Positions 49,140 through 62,270 of a stretch of DNA of 64,000 nucleotides are shown piece after piece; within the stretch, counting starts at the first letter, position 1, and every line of letters begins with the position of its first letter. Source of the stretch: the human T2T-CHM13v2.0 reference genome, Homo sapiens. Under the pieces are notes generated by a model. The model worked only from the letters and a program-made list of their open reading frames with translations. It ran no database searches and had not been told where the DNA came from. The position numbers and the translations under genes were made by a program. The stretch lies in assembly GCF_009914755.1 (NCBI RefSeq), contig NC_060938.1. One strand, 5' to 3'.

Positions 49140-49855
49140 TGTTCAAAGAAAAACCTTAGATAAATTAAATTTAACAGGAGTTTAGTTGAACAAAAAATAA
49201 TTCATGAATCTGGCAGCCCCCAAACCAGAATAGATTCAAACAGGCTCTAGGGCAGCTGTCTGGTGGAAGAAAGTTGATGGACAGAAAAAGGGAAGTGAGG
49301 CACAGAAACAGCTGGATTGGTTACAGCTCAGCATTTGCCTTATGTGAACATGGATTGAACAGTTGGCCACCCTTGATTGGCTGAAACTTGGTGGTTGACA
49401 CAAAAGTAGCATGCAATCTGTTTATACATACAGTTAAGTTACAGTTTACTGTGTAAAGAGAAACCTTTAAGCTAAACTTAAAATATGTAAAGAGGGCTGG
49501 GTGCGGTGGCTCACGCCTGTAATCTCAGTACTTTGGGAAGCCGAGGCAGGCGGATCACAAGGTTAGGAGTTCGAGACCAGCCTGACCCACATGGTGAAAT
49601 CCCGTCTCTGCTAAAAATATACAAAAAATTAGCTGGGCATGGTAGTGCGCACCTGTAATCCCAGCTACTCAGGAGACTGAGGCAGGAGAATCGCTTGAAC
49701 CTCGGAGGCGGAGGTTGCAGTGAGCCAAGATCGCACCACTGCATTCCAGACTAGGTGACAAGAGTGAGAATCCGTCTCAGAAGACAAACAAACAAACAAA
49801 CCAAAAAACAAAAAACCATGTAAAGAGGCAGCTTTAGGCTGAACTTAAATTAACA
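49140..49855 (-). mobile_element. ERV1 solo LTR (MER57-like), interrupted by an Alu
   Basis: TG...CA termini; repeated GATTGG (CCAAT) boxes; GAGGCAGCTTTAGGCT..ACTTAA.TTAACA end. Confidence 0.8.
49495..49817 (+). mobile_element. Full-length Alu (AluSg-like) inside the MER57-like LTR
   Basis: Dimeric Alu with a (CAAA)n tail and TSD ATGTAAAGAG (49485-49494 / 49818-49827). Confidence 0.95.
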
Positions 49856-52161
49856 ATTCATATGGTGCTAGCCTGGCAGTGATTCTGACAGTGATGGTGA
49901 TGGTGATGTCAGTGATTGTGTTACCCTCATGGTAATGTGCTAATGGTGGTGGTTTAGGTGGTAGTTGTGGAAGTGACGGTAGAAGCATCAAACAACTTTC
50001 CAGGTCCCACTAGGTGAGGACCTAAATATATCACTGCAATACTAAAACATTATTGGAAAAATACTAAATACAAATGCAAAAATTATATTTACCAGAAATC
50101 CTGTGGAGAAAATTTTATGCATTTGAGGATAAAACACTGACAGTTCCTTTGAAAGAGAAATGAGATCCCCAAAATTTATGCCAGAGAAGACCTGGGGGTG
50201 GGGGTTTTGGCTAACGAGCAGATGATTTTCAGGCCAGAACTGAACTGAACCCAATAGAGTAAATTTGGCCATACCACTTTCAACAAATCTTTCCCAAACA
50301 ACATTCATTGTTTAAATAAATGCTAACCAAATAGTTAATATAATTTTAAAGCATGGATACATCAGTAGCTTTTCCATAATACTAAATTATTAATATGCTC
50401 AATGTGTCCTTATGTCTTAGTTCAGCCCCAATTAACATGAATCTTTGGAAGTAAAAGTTTTCTTGCTTTTTTTCCTCCTTAAAGGAACATTTTAATACAA
50501 GAATAATGAATAGTTTAAAAGGGCTGGATAAAGGAAGACCCTCACTTCTGGATAATTTTTATGAGCCATCAGCTCATCCTCTAGCTTTTTAGGCCTGTGG
50601 CATTTTCCATGATGCTGTTCTAACTCAATAGGATTAAAGTCTGGGGACTTGTAAAGAAAATACAATCTGCATTTATTGCTTAGTTATAATCTCACTCTGC
50701 AGTGCATAATGTTTCTACTGTATGCATTTTGTGATGGGAATCAAATTTTGTCAAAGGCAGTTAGCAATGCGCCATCTCAGCGCACCGAACGTGGCACTCC
50801 CGCAGCTTGAGTTAGTGCTTTCATTTGCTGTCAACATGGCACCATCATGTGCTTAGAGGTCATTGAGAGACCCTAGCACAGCATATTTAAATGGTAACTT
50901 GGAGCTATTTAGTCAAGGAACTTTCCCTACTGATAATTTTAAAAGAAAATGATAACAAATTCCCACAGTCATTCCGCAACCTAGGTCCTTCTACAATTCT
51001 GTATGGACTGGTATCGTATTATCGTATTTGAATGACAGGATGACAAGAACTACTTCTTGATGCAGCACTTCATTCTTAATGCATCATCTCTTTATAATTG
51101 CAAAGAGAAAGGCAGATGTAAAATACCATTTTTTCTTTTTTTTTTTCATTGAAAAAAAGCAAAAAAATTAAAATCCTGAAAGAGAGAGGGAAGGGTGGGT
51201 GTGTTTATCTTGTAAAGTCATGATATGTGCCATCCTTCACGAAAACAATTTTGAAGGGTTAATATTCACAATACCTGTCTAGGGCAGGAAATTGAACTAC
51301 GTCTCTGAAGTTCTACTGTCAATTCATCAGGATAAAGAAGAGTCTGCAATCCAGCACATTCCAAATGAGAAACAGGCCTTAGGCTGCTTCTGCCGTATTT
51401 CATTAGCAACTTTTCTGATCACAGGGTAATACCTAAGGAAAAATATGTATGTCACATAATGCATTGAGGACCAAAACAGGTGACCAGAAAGAAAAAGAAA
51501 AGAAGAAAAAAATCCTCAATCACAGTTTTCTGATTCCTGTAGTTTATGTGAAAGAAAAAGAACTAGATTACAATATAATATATAATAAGTTAATATATAA
51601 ACAAAACATTTATTCTTTTACTTGTTTGTTTTTAGGTTAGAATGAACTAGAATGAACCATTCTACTTAGGACATTTTTGTTATTGTTTCTTTCATTTTAT
51701 AGTCACTTATTAAGTGGCCTATAAAATATAAGTGCTTATGTTAAATATTTGAGATGAGGTGGCAATTAAAAGAAGATCATGATCTTTGAGTCCTTCCCGC
51801 AAGTTGAAGGGATTTGTTGTGTGCAGTCTGCACTTGAATATTTTTGCACCTTATTTTGATTACAAAGCTTCCAGGTCCCTGAAAAAAAATCAAATATGTA
51901 CTTTCTATTAATAGGTAAACTTTTGGCATACTCCTTAGTCTTATTGAGTGCAAGTTTTCTTGTTTTCAAAATGGAACATAATCACAACCATAGTATTACT
52001 GTGTATAGACTTACTGTGAGAATTAAATATGTGATGTGAAAAATCACATTTTAAGCTATAAAATTGTGTGTAGTTGTATAAACCTGATGCAAAGCCACAC
52101 TTTTCATTAGACAAAGAAATTACTCAGTAGGAATGGATAGCAGTGATAGTGTACCTGAGAT

Positions 52162-53029
52162 TGATAGTGACAGGACATAGACAAATTCCTAGGCAGACAG
52201 GGACTGGTCCCCAGTGAAACCTGACCTTCAAGCCAAAGATGGTTTAAAGCCTGAAAACCAAGCTGCTGGTTCTGGATAGAGCTCATGACCAGAGTGAGAA
52301 CTATCCCCATCTTACCTTCTCTCTCTTGACTGGTTCTTTCTGGATGATGCCTTTTAACCAATTCAATGGTGCTTTTTCCAAAGCCCACCCACGGACCAAT
52401 GAGCACTCACTCCCCCAGTCTGAGCCCATAAAAACACCTGCCTCAGCCACACAGAGGGTTACTCTCTCTCAGGCTCCCTCTCTGCTGAGAGCTTTCCTTC
52501 TGTTGCTCAATAAAATTCTTCTTCACCCTACTCACGCTCTAGTGTCTGCATACCTGATTCCTCTGGGTTGCAGGACAAGAACCCAGAACTCACCAAGCTG
52601 CTGGTGGCAGGAACAAATGAGCTATAACATGCCTCCATTTGCTGAGCTGCCAGTGGTGGGAATGAGAAAGACCTGTAACATTTCCTGGGGGTTCACACCT
52701 TGGGACTCCCCTAGCACAAGCTGTAACATCCCTTGGGGCTCCGTGGTTGCTGGCATCTTCAGGTTTTTGGGCACCACCATGTCCCCCTTGTCTGGATGCT
52801 GGTGCCCAACACAAGAGCCACTTGTGGCACACCCAAGTCCAGCCACAGGCTTAACATGGAGCCATGGCAGGTGTGGGATTCAGGCCAGTAGAGTGAGTCA
52901 AGGCAGCCTGCTGGGCTGAGTGGGCGGAGCGAGGCTGACAGGGCCCAAGCAAAGCCCTGGGCAAAGGTCACAGGAAAAAGCTGCTGAGCCCCATTTCCTC
53001 CCACTTGCTGAACTACAAAAGTCACAACA
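52162..53029 (+). mobile_element. ERV1 solo LTR related to the LTR9/LTR27/MER61 group
   Basis: TGATAGTGACAGGA..ACAAATTCCTAGGCAGA start, similar to the provirus LTR; CCAAT 52396-52400, CATAAAAA 52427-52434, AATAAA 52509-52514; ends ..CAACA. Perfect 4-bp TSD AGAT. Confidence 0.88.
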
Positions 53030-55109
53030 AGATGGCAGAGGAAATGGTGGAAGAGCATGTGGTAATGTACATGGGGTGATATTATAGAGAGCATTGGACA
53101 TACATTTCTAGATGATTATTAAATTGTGTTGAAGAAAATAAGCTGAACATTATTGGCAAGATTGGGCTTTATTAAATTACCTTTCAAGTTGCTGTGAACT
53201 GGTTTTGGAGAAAATCCACAAAAATGGAAAAGGAAATGTAGGCGGAACCACACACTGTGAAGGATACAGCCCCAGACAGCAGTGTCTTCATGTAGAAGGT
53301 GAAGAAAAGGGAGATCAAAAGAGGAAAATAAGTATTTGTTTAAACTCAGGTATCTAATGAAAATAGAAAGCTAGAAGAACAGTTGTTACACATGAGATTA
53401 CCCTCCCTAACTTCAAATTTTCCAAGGAGTGTAAACTTTTTTGTTTTCCTTTTTATTTTATTTGTTTCTGCTGATAAGAATCCCAGGGACTTCCCAACAC
53501 AGAAGTTCTAAGATACACACACACACAAGGTAATTAAATTTTAACAACTGGAAAAACTTTGTTGAAAAGAATTGTTAACAATATAATAAAATACTTCAGT
53601 TTTTCTCATCCTCTGTGTGGTCCTCTGTATTGAAAATACTTGATGTATTCTAAGAGACCACCCAGAGTTTCAATTCTTACTTTCCTGATTGCTTCCATAA
53701 TAATGTTTACATTTTCTTCACTTTTTTCTGCTTTATTTGAATCTGGATTCATTATGCATCTTAAACATCTCATAAATTGGGACTCACTGAATAATATAGC
53801 AGAGGTGTAGACAGACAATTTACCCTGTTTTACTAGAGCTAACCTTTACATGCATTGAATAAATAATTGTAGATCAATCCAAGTGGTAACATCTACAGAA
53901 AGGTTGAACAAGATTTATGCATCTCTTGCATAAAAACTCTCAAGCAGTTAAAAGTAATTATGACAAATAATGGTAAGATCAATTTAGCCACAAATGATAA
54001 GGATACAGTAGTCATTATGGAGGTAAAATAATTAAAGATAACACAACTTCCTGTCTCTTCAAACACAAAATAAATATATTGTGCAGTGACCAATCATGAG
54101 AGGAAAAATCTCCTAAGTATTTTTCTAGACTGACCTATTTATGGTCCAAAACCTAGTAAGTTGTTTGGCAATAAAAATATCACTAAGGTACAAGATTTCA
54201 TTAATATAAAACTTCTAATAAATCCAATTGTGGTGTTCTTACAGGTGCTTTGAGACTCCATTATTATGAATTTGAATTTGTCTCAATTTATGTAAATCAG
54301 CATTTGAAACTTTTGTCATGGCTAAGGATTATGACTATGTCCTCAGTTATAAATTCCTTTTTTTTAATATTTAAAATCATTTCTATGACAACTTGAAGCA
54401 GAGTTTAGTAATACATACTTGTCAGGATTACTGTAAATCTAGAGATTAATAATAGAAACAACCAAAAATTTTCTTCTCTTTTCAATTTCTTTTCTAAATA
54501 TCTGACTTTTTAAGCCAAAGCTATATCTTTTTATTGGAAGACCAATCCTTTAAAGCTGAGCCTCAGACTTTTAGCTTGTTTTTGTGTTTCCATTTACATC
54601 TATGTGATGACAAGTACATGATGTCAGTGTTAGTAATGTGGCTTGAGAGCCTTGGAGATGTGTCTCTTCTGTATTTAAGTGTTATTCCAAGTTCTTCTCA
54701 GCACAGAGTTCAGCATTTCATAAGTACCAAGTGTTGCTCTTGAACACACTGGTTTAAAAATGCAAATTATAATTTAGAAAATTGCATATTTTTATCAACT
54801 GAAATACTTCATTTTTAATTAAGAGAGAGATGAATCACTCTGGATTCCCAACCAATGTGAGTTAAATTTTAAGAGAAAATGCAGTAGAAATATGAAAACT
54901 TTTCAAGGAGATCTTACATTTTTCAAATTATGACAAATCTTCAAATCTTCCTTTTTCAAAGGAAGATCAAGCCTGTTTTGTTAGTGTTACAATGTGGGTG
55001 ATGATAGACATTGTATACAATACTTTACTAATCAGAAAGGACAGGAATCTGTGTTCACAGCACTAGTGCTAAAATTGATAGGAACAAAAGACAGAATTGA
55101 AATTAGAGA

Positions 55110-55390
55110 TTAAAGGATATTTCTCCCTTTCCTGTTCTCCTTAGGTAGTTCTTCCAGCACGGGTTATATCTCCTCCATGGTTCCAGCTTCCATTTAAAAG
55201 GCCAGAGGTGGCCTCCAAGTCCAGGTTCTGTTAATGTTTTCTCATCTCCCCATCCCAGGAAAGGTGTCCTACTGTTACCGCACTATCTACTATAGGTCCT
55301 TCAGGTCTTCTATCACCTGGCTAACCAGTTCTATCTATTTAGTCCTGATACCCAAGCATTTTCCATTTCCTTGCTAGATCCTGACTGAGA
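55110..55390 (+). mobile_element. Old ERVL-type LTR fragment (LTR33/LTR41-like)
   Basis: Pyrimidine-rich LTR-like text ending TTTCCTTGCTAGATCCTGACTGA; the family is uncertain. Confidence 0.4.
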
Positions 55391-57261
55391 AGTGGTTTTT
55401 CAGATGTCTAATTTTTGGTCATATCATTTATGTATTGTCTAATATGATTTTCCTTATAGAGAATGAATATCCAGCAAATTTTTAATGCAGACAGTTAACA
55501 CTAAAGTTGACATGGAAATCTTGGTATTTGATAGTATGTTTAGAAAGTCCTATATTTTTATGCTTTATTTACTGGAGATACTAGAGATGACAGCATATTT
55601 TTGGCCTATGTTAGGAAGTGTAGCACCTTTTTAGGAAAGTCTTGCATGAGTAGAAAATTAAAATGTATTAAGCTGTTCCCCTTTCACTTTTCAGTATGGT
55701 GCCTGAGGTGAACTCTTAATGAGTTCATGTATTCACTCCAAAAGTTAAGAGATTTGAATGTTGTAGGGTTGACTAAGTCCTCTCTAGAAGTATTGGGTTT
55801 ATCTCAAAAGAGCTTCTTATGCAAAATAAGTGACACAAACTGAATATCATAGTCCTAGGGATGATTTTACCTTTCTGAACGCTTGCATGATTGCTTCTTT
55901 GCCTGTTTGCCTAATAAAAATTGCCATGTGAGGCAGAATTTGGTCAGGTTCTTCTGTAGTGAGGTTGTGAGAAAGAGCTAACAGAAACCAACCATTGGCA
56001 GCTACCATAGTCTACAGAGAAGAAATACAGATATAACGAGAAAGAAAGAAGGAAGGAAGGAAGGAGAGAGGGAGCAAGGCAGAAGGCAAGAAATGCAAAC
56101 AGAAAACAAAAACGCCAACTAATATCTATATTGACAAATACTCAGACCAGTTCAAAACACATATAAAATATTTTAACTAAGGTACAGAATTCTGAGATTC
56201 TGACCAGCTGGCTTTGGTTAACAATTCAATAAAAGACTGATACTTAGTATGTATTCCCCATCTCACTTTATATCAGCAGTGGACCATTTTTTATCTAGAA
56301 TGTGCTTTAAATATTCAGAGCAAGCCAATGCTTAAAAATACTAACTGAAGATAATTAATGAAGCACATTAGGAATATATGCAAAGATATTACTGCTTGGT
56401 ATGTTGGTGTGCATTGTGTGTGTTTATGTTTATCATAATGTAAATCATGATCATCTATCATTTATCAGGACCAATACAATTTCTTGCCAAACAATTAAAA
56501 GGATCTGGGGGAGGCTGTTTTAAACATGAATACAATTAGCATAATAAAGACAAAAATACTGAACTCTAAGATTCAATTCCATAATGCATATCTGCCCATA
56601 TGTGTTTGAAATAAAGTTCATCAACATAGGAGTTTTACTACTGATTTCCATAAAATAAGGAAATCAGAAAGATTGAAAATGAAATATGTAGATATAAAGT
56701 ATCAAAATACTGCATCCTTTTTAAAAAAAAATTGTTTCTTAAGTTGTTATCTACTTTAGCACTCTATTCATTAAACTTTTTTCTCATCATGGTCCATCAC
56801 TGACTATGAAATATAACGTATTTGCCAAAAATAAGCCATGAGCCCTGTGATGGAAAAACTGCTCATGTTCAGTACCAAGAATTATTTTTAGAATTATTTT
56901 ACTTAGTAAAAGAATTAATTAGTAAATAAGTAAATAATTGCTTAGTAATTGCTTAGTACATCACCTGACACAGAGTAGGTGCTCAATAAATGATTATTGT
57001 TTTAAACTTTTCTACTTTGCTAGTGGTGTGCTAGAATTATTGTACTACATTTTATATGACTACAAATATTTATATTTATAAAATGTAATATTTTAAATGA
57101 CGTTGTACAGTATATCCCAGGTATTTCATCACTGTTAGTAATGTCAACGTCAGTTACAAAGCATTCCCAATTCTGAAAAACTAACAAAGGGACTTTGAAA
57201 TTCTCTAATCTCACTGATATTTTTCATCTCTATTGCAGAGTAGAGTTAGTTAAGTAAAGTC

Positions 57262-58869
57262 AGTTAAACATTGTTAAAATGGTCATATTACTCACAGAAA
57301 CCTACAGATTCAATGCTATTCCTCTCAAACTACCAAAATCATTTTTCACAGAATTAGAAAAAAATATTCTAAAATTCATATGGAATTAAAAAGGAGTCTG
57401 AATAGCCAAATCAATTCTAAGCAAAAAACAAAAACAAAAAACAAAGCTGAAGGCATCATGTTACCTGACTTCAAACTGTACTATTAGGCTACAGTAACCA
57501 AAACAGTATGGTACTGGTGCAAAAACAGACACATAGACAAATGGGACAGAATAGAGAACCTAGAAATAAAGCCACACACCTGCAGTCATCTGATCTTTGA
57601 GAAAATTGATAAAAATATGCAATGGGGAAAGGACTCCCTATTCAATAAATGGTAGTGAGATAGCTGGCTAGCCATATGCAGAAGAATGACACTGAACCAT
57701 ATGCAAAAATTAACTGAAGATGGACTAGAGATTCAAATATAAGACCTCAAGCTATAAGAATCCTAGAAGAAAACCTAGAAAACACCATTCTGAACATCAG
57801 CCTCAGAAAAGAATTTATGGCTAAGTCCTCAAAAGCAATTGCAACAGAAGCAAAAGTTGATAAGTGGAACTGAATTAAACCAAAGAGCTTCTGCATAGCA
57901 AAAGAAACTGTCCACAGAGTAAACAGACGACCTACAGAATGGGAGAAAATATTTGCAAGCTATGGTCTAATATGCAGAATCCATAAGGAACTTAAATAAT
58001 TGAACAAGTATGAAACAAGCCCATTAAAAAGTGGGCCAAAAACATGGACACTTCACAAAAGAAGACATACTTGTGGCCAAAAAACATGAAAAAATGCATA
58101 ACATCACTAATCATCAGAGAAATGCAAATCAAAACCACATTAAAATACCATTTCATGCCAGTCAGAATGGCTATTGTTAAAAAGTCAATATGTAACATGC
58201 TGGTGAGGCTGCAGGGAAAATGGAACATTTATACACTTTTTGTGGGAATGTAAATTAGTTCAGCCACTGTGGAAAGCAGTTTGAAGGTTTCTCAAATAAC
58301 TTAAAACAGAACTACCATCGAACACAGCAATTCCATTACTGGGTATATATCCAAAGGAAAATACATCATTCTACTAAAAAGAAACGTGCACTCATATGTT
58401 TATCACAGCACTATTTGCAATAGCAAAGCAATGAAATCAACCTAGTTGCCCATCAATGTTGGATTTGATAAAGAAAATATGATAAATATACACCACAGTA
58501 TACTTCATAGCAATAAAAAAGAACAAAATGTTGTCCTTCGCAGCAACATAGAGGCAGCTGAAGGCCATTTTCCTAAGCAAATTTACACAGGAACAAATAA
58601 TTCAAATACTGCAGGTTTTCACTTCTAAGCGGAAGCAAAACATTGGATACTCATGGACATAAAAATGGCAACAATAGATACTGAAAACTACTAGAAGGAG
58701 GAGGGAAAATGCGGGCAAAGGTTGAAAAGCTAACTACTGAGTACTGTGCTCACCACCTGGGTTATGAGATTAATCATACCCCAAACCTCAGCATCACACA
58801 ATATACTTGTGTAATGAACCTGCATATGTACCCCGAATCTAAAATAAAAGTTGGAGTTACATTAAAAAA
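57262..58869 (+). mobile_element. 5'-truncated L1 (L1PB-like): ORF2 C-terminus and 3' UTR
   Basis: CTACAGATTCAATGCTATTCC, peptide KKCITSLIIREMQIKTTLKYH, and 3' end AACCTGCATATGTACCCCGAATCTAAAATAAAAGTTG followed by an A tail. Confidence 0.92.
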
Positions 58870-59851
58870 TGTTGTGTGAAAATCAGAAGAGACTAATACA
58901 CCATTTGGGGAACAGTTAGGATGAAATTCAGAAAGCATTGCGTCTGCAAATGGGCAGAGTGTACTAGGCGCTGGGTACACATAGTTGGAATAAAAATAAA
59001 ACAAAAGATCCTACAAGATCCCCTACTTTTACATAACTTACATTTCGGTGGTAAGGATATAATTACAGTGAATATGAAAATAAATAGTGACATCAGCTCT
59101 TATTAGTTTATAGAAGAAATACTCCGAAAGCCTGTACCCTTACCAAATAATGAAATCTCATATTTTTAAAATCTTTATTGCTAGAATCATCTCAAAGTCT
59201 TCCCTATCCCAGTATTCACCCCTGCCTCCCTTCTCCTGCAGTGAACTAAAGCCATAGCTACAAGTGATGAACAAATAGATAAGAGGAAGATTTGAAGTCT
59301 GGAAGTTAAGCCTTGGAACAATCTCAAAGTCTGTGAGCTGAACCTGAAATTGCTGCATTTATCTGGGGACCCTCTAATGATGATCAGGTGACCCCAATTC
59401 GGTAACATTACCACCTCCCCCACAAAAACGCAAAACATAACTAGAAAAAAATTTCCATAATCTGGGGCCTGAGGAGTATCAAAGATTAAAATCTAACAAA
59501 TATGAGCTCATAAATGAAAATAACCAAACCCTCAGGGATTTAGTTGCTATAACAGGAGCAATAAAACAAAGTCAATTTGAGACGAAGGGTTTTAAATATT
59601 GAAATGATCAAACTACAACGTAATTATACATGAACTGTTAATTGAAATGAAGATGTAACTGTAAAAGTGACCAAGCAATCAAGCAAAAGAACCAAACAAA
59701 ATTTTGAAATGAAAATGATAAATGTGAAAACAAAAACCTTTAAACGATGGGTTAAAATGAGATTCAGCTGAAGAGAGAATTTGTGGATAGGAAACTCATT
59801 TACATTGCAGCAGAGGGATAAGGATACAGAGCATAAAGATATGAGAAAGAT

Positions 59852-60136
59852 GGGCTGGGCACAGCAGTTCCCTCCTGTAATCCTGGCACTTTGGGAGACT
59901 GGGGTGAGTGGATTTCTTGAAGCCAAGAATTTGATACCAGCCTGGACAACATAGAGAGAACCTGTCTCTACAAAAAAATTAAAAATAAAAAAAAAAAAGC
60001 CAGATGTGATGCTGCTCACCTGTGGTCTCAGCTACGTGAGGCTGAGGGTAGAAGGATCACTTGAGCTGGGAAGTTGAGGCTGCAGTGAGCTACAATCACG
60101 CTACTGCACTCCATCCTGGGCAACGGAGAAAGAACC
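59852..60136 (+). mobile_element. Full-length old Alu (AluJ-like)
   Basis: Dimeric, with GGATCACTTGAGC..GAGGCTGCAGTGAGCTA; the tail is replaced by a microsatellite. Confidence 0.9.
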
Positions 60137-60147
60137 CCCATACCCCA

Positions 60148-60178
60148 CCTCTCTCTCCCTTTTTCTCTCTCTCTCTCT

Positions 60179-60243
<65 letters not shown>

Positions 60244-60392
60244 TATATACATATATACACATATATATACACATATACACACATATACATATATACACAT
60301 ATATATACACATATACACATATACATATATACACATATATACATATATACACACATATGTATACATATATATACACACGTGTGTGTGTGTGT
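60148..60392. repeat. Compound microsatellite (CT)n-(AT)20-(AC)n-(AT/AC mix)-(GT)n
   Basis: Perfect (AT)20 at 60181-60220, followed by alternating purine-pyrimidine sequence up to 60392. Confidence 0.95.
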
Positions 60393-60483
60393 GAGAAAAA
60401 GACTTTAAAGAGGGAGTATTAAAGAGGGTAAAACTAAAAGTTGTAAAACATAGTTTAGGTATATAGTTGCTTTTTCAGGTTGG

Positions 60484-61057
60484 TGTTAAGTTCCTGACTA
60501 CACAAATTGTCAGGTTCAGGGTTAGGTTCCAGCCCATGCTGAGGTTTGAGGGAAGTGGGCAGATGGCCGAATAGCTGAGAGAACACTCGGGAGGGCCGTA
60601 AACAGGTGAAATGTAGTTTAATTCAGCAGCTCTTTCATCAACAGCTCTCTCACACTGTCTGCTCTGTCTCCGCTGCTTGCTCAGGCTGCTCCTTAATGCA
60701 CAGTTTTGGGGCCGGCTCTCCCTTCAGGGTCAGCAGCTTAACTCTTTCTCTCTCTGGGCACGAGTGAGCAGAGCTGCATCCTGGCTCCCCCTTGTCCATC
60801 TGCAAGATGGATAGCTTTGGCTCTCTTGCTCTCTCTCTCTCTGGCCACAAGCGCCTGCACAAGAGCACCTGTACAGTGTCAACAGGGCAGTTATACCTTC
60901 CCCAAACAATAGTGGCTTTGAGCCAAGTATAAGCTTACACAAACAGGTTATGTAACTCGTGGAGGTGTGCACCTATGCACCCATCCCACTAAGTCATGCA
61001 GGCCTGGATGTCTGCCTCAGCCCAATTCTTGACCTAAGCACATCCATGTACCTTACA
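60484..61057 (-). mobile_element. ERVL solo LTR (LTR18B-like)
   Basis: The minus strand begins TGTAAGGTACATGGATGTGCTT..GACATCCAGGCCTGCATGAC; perfect 5-bp TSD GTTGG (60479-60483 / 61058-61062). Confidence 0.85.
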
Positions 61058-61376
61058 GTTGGAATTGGCAATCATACCAAAGAAAATGAAATAGGCTATA
61101 ATCTAGTATTATGGTTACTTAACTTTGTAGAAGAATAACAGGCAGGAGATGCAGTAAGTATAGAAGCTTCATCTAATCAAAAGACACCAAAGCTATGCAA
61201 GTCCCAAGATATCTGGGAGCTACATAGGAGCTGCAGCTCTATTTCCCATCAACCTTGAATGTTACTCTAGGTACTCAGTCCCCGGCCTGCAGGACTCCCA
61301 CAGTCCATGTGTAAGATTGACATTCATGATTATTTTAACTCTTGGCAAAGTAGCAGTGCTGGGGAACAAGAAGGAA

Positions 61377-61676
61377 TTTTTTTTTTTTTTTTTTTTGAGA
61401 CGGAGTTTCACTCTTGTTGCCCAGGCTGAAGTGCAATGGAGTGATCTCGGCTCCTGCAACCTCCACCTCCCAGGTTCAAGTGCTTCTCCTGCCTCAGCCT
61501 CCTGAGTAGCTGGGATTACAGGCTTGTGCCACTATGCCCAGCTAATTTTGTGTTTTTAGTAGAGACAGGGTTTCTCCATGTTGGTCAGGCTGGTCTTGAA
61601 CTCCCGACCTCAGGTGCTCTGCCCACCTCGGCCCTCAAAGTGCTGGGATTACAGGTGTGAGCCACCACATCCGGCC
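61377..61676 (-). mobile_element. Full-length Alu (AluSp-like)
   Basis: GAGTTTCACTCTTGTTGCCC, TTTCTCCATGTTGGTCAGG and CCCGACCTCAGGTG diagnostics; TSD-like AAGAAGGAA / AAGAGGGAA. Confidence 0.95.
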
Positions 61677-62019
61677 AAGAGGGAAATTTTCAAATAGGTC
61701 TCCATGAGCCAAGGCCTGATGTTAAACATTCACACATATATATTTAATTGGAATTTTAAAAGAGAAAATAAAAATCATAGAAGTAATTTTAAAGATAAAA
61801 ATGCAGAAAACTTTTTATAGCTAATGGAAGGATTAACTCAGACTTTATAGACCGTGCCTCTATTATGAAAAATAAAAACAAAAACGAATCCATACCTAGG
61901 CACATCATGAAACTGGGAAACACCAGAGAATAAACAAAGTTTTCAAATACAGCCAGAGGAGGGGAAAATTCTCTCGAAAAATGTCAGGAAAGCCAAACCA
62001 TTATATTAAAGTAAATCTA

Positions 62020-62270
62020 TCTTTGAACTATTTTTCTGTTGTATTAATCCACCTGTTTATCTATATTGCCTTGATCAATCTAGCTTCATAATAAGTCTTG
62101 AACTTATATAAATGTGTATAAATCCTTCAACTTTGTTCTTTTTAAAGATGACTTTGAATATTCCGTATTAGTTTTGCAATAGGTTGCCAGTTTTTACCCA
62201 AAAAAATCATTAAAATAAAACACAAAAATCAACTGAGATTTTTGAACTTTATTTGATTAATGGATTTAAA
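62020..62270 (-). mobile_element. Old L1 (L1M) fragment
   Basis: TAGCTTCATAATAAGTCTTGA..TCCTTCAACTTTGTTCTTTTTAAAGAT is antisense L1 ORF2-like. Confidence 0.6.

Noticed and set aside
52326-52919. 197-aa ORF
   Set aside because: It lies wholly within a GC-richer solo LTR, has a non-ATG start and shows no protein motif; most likely a chance ORF.
60028-60408. ORFs rich in Y/I/C/V/H/T
   Set aside because: These are translations of a dinucleotide microsatellite.
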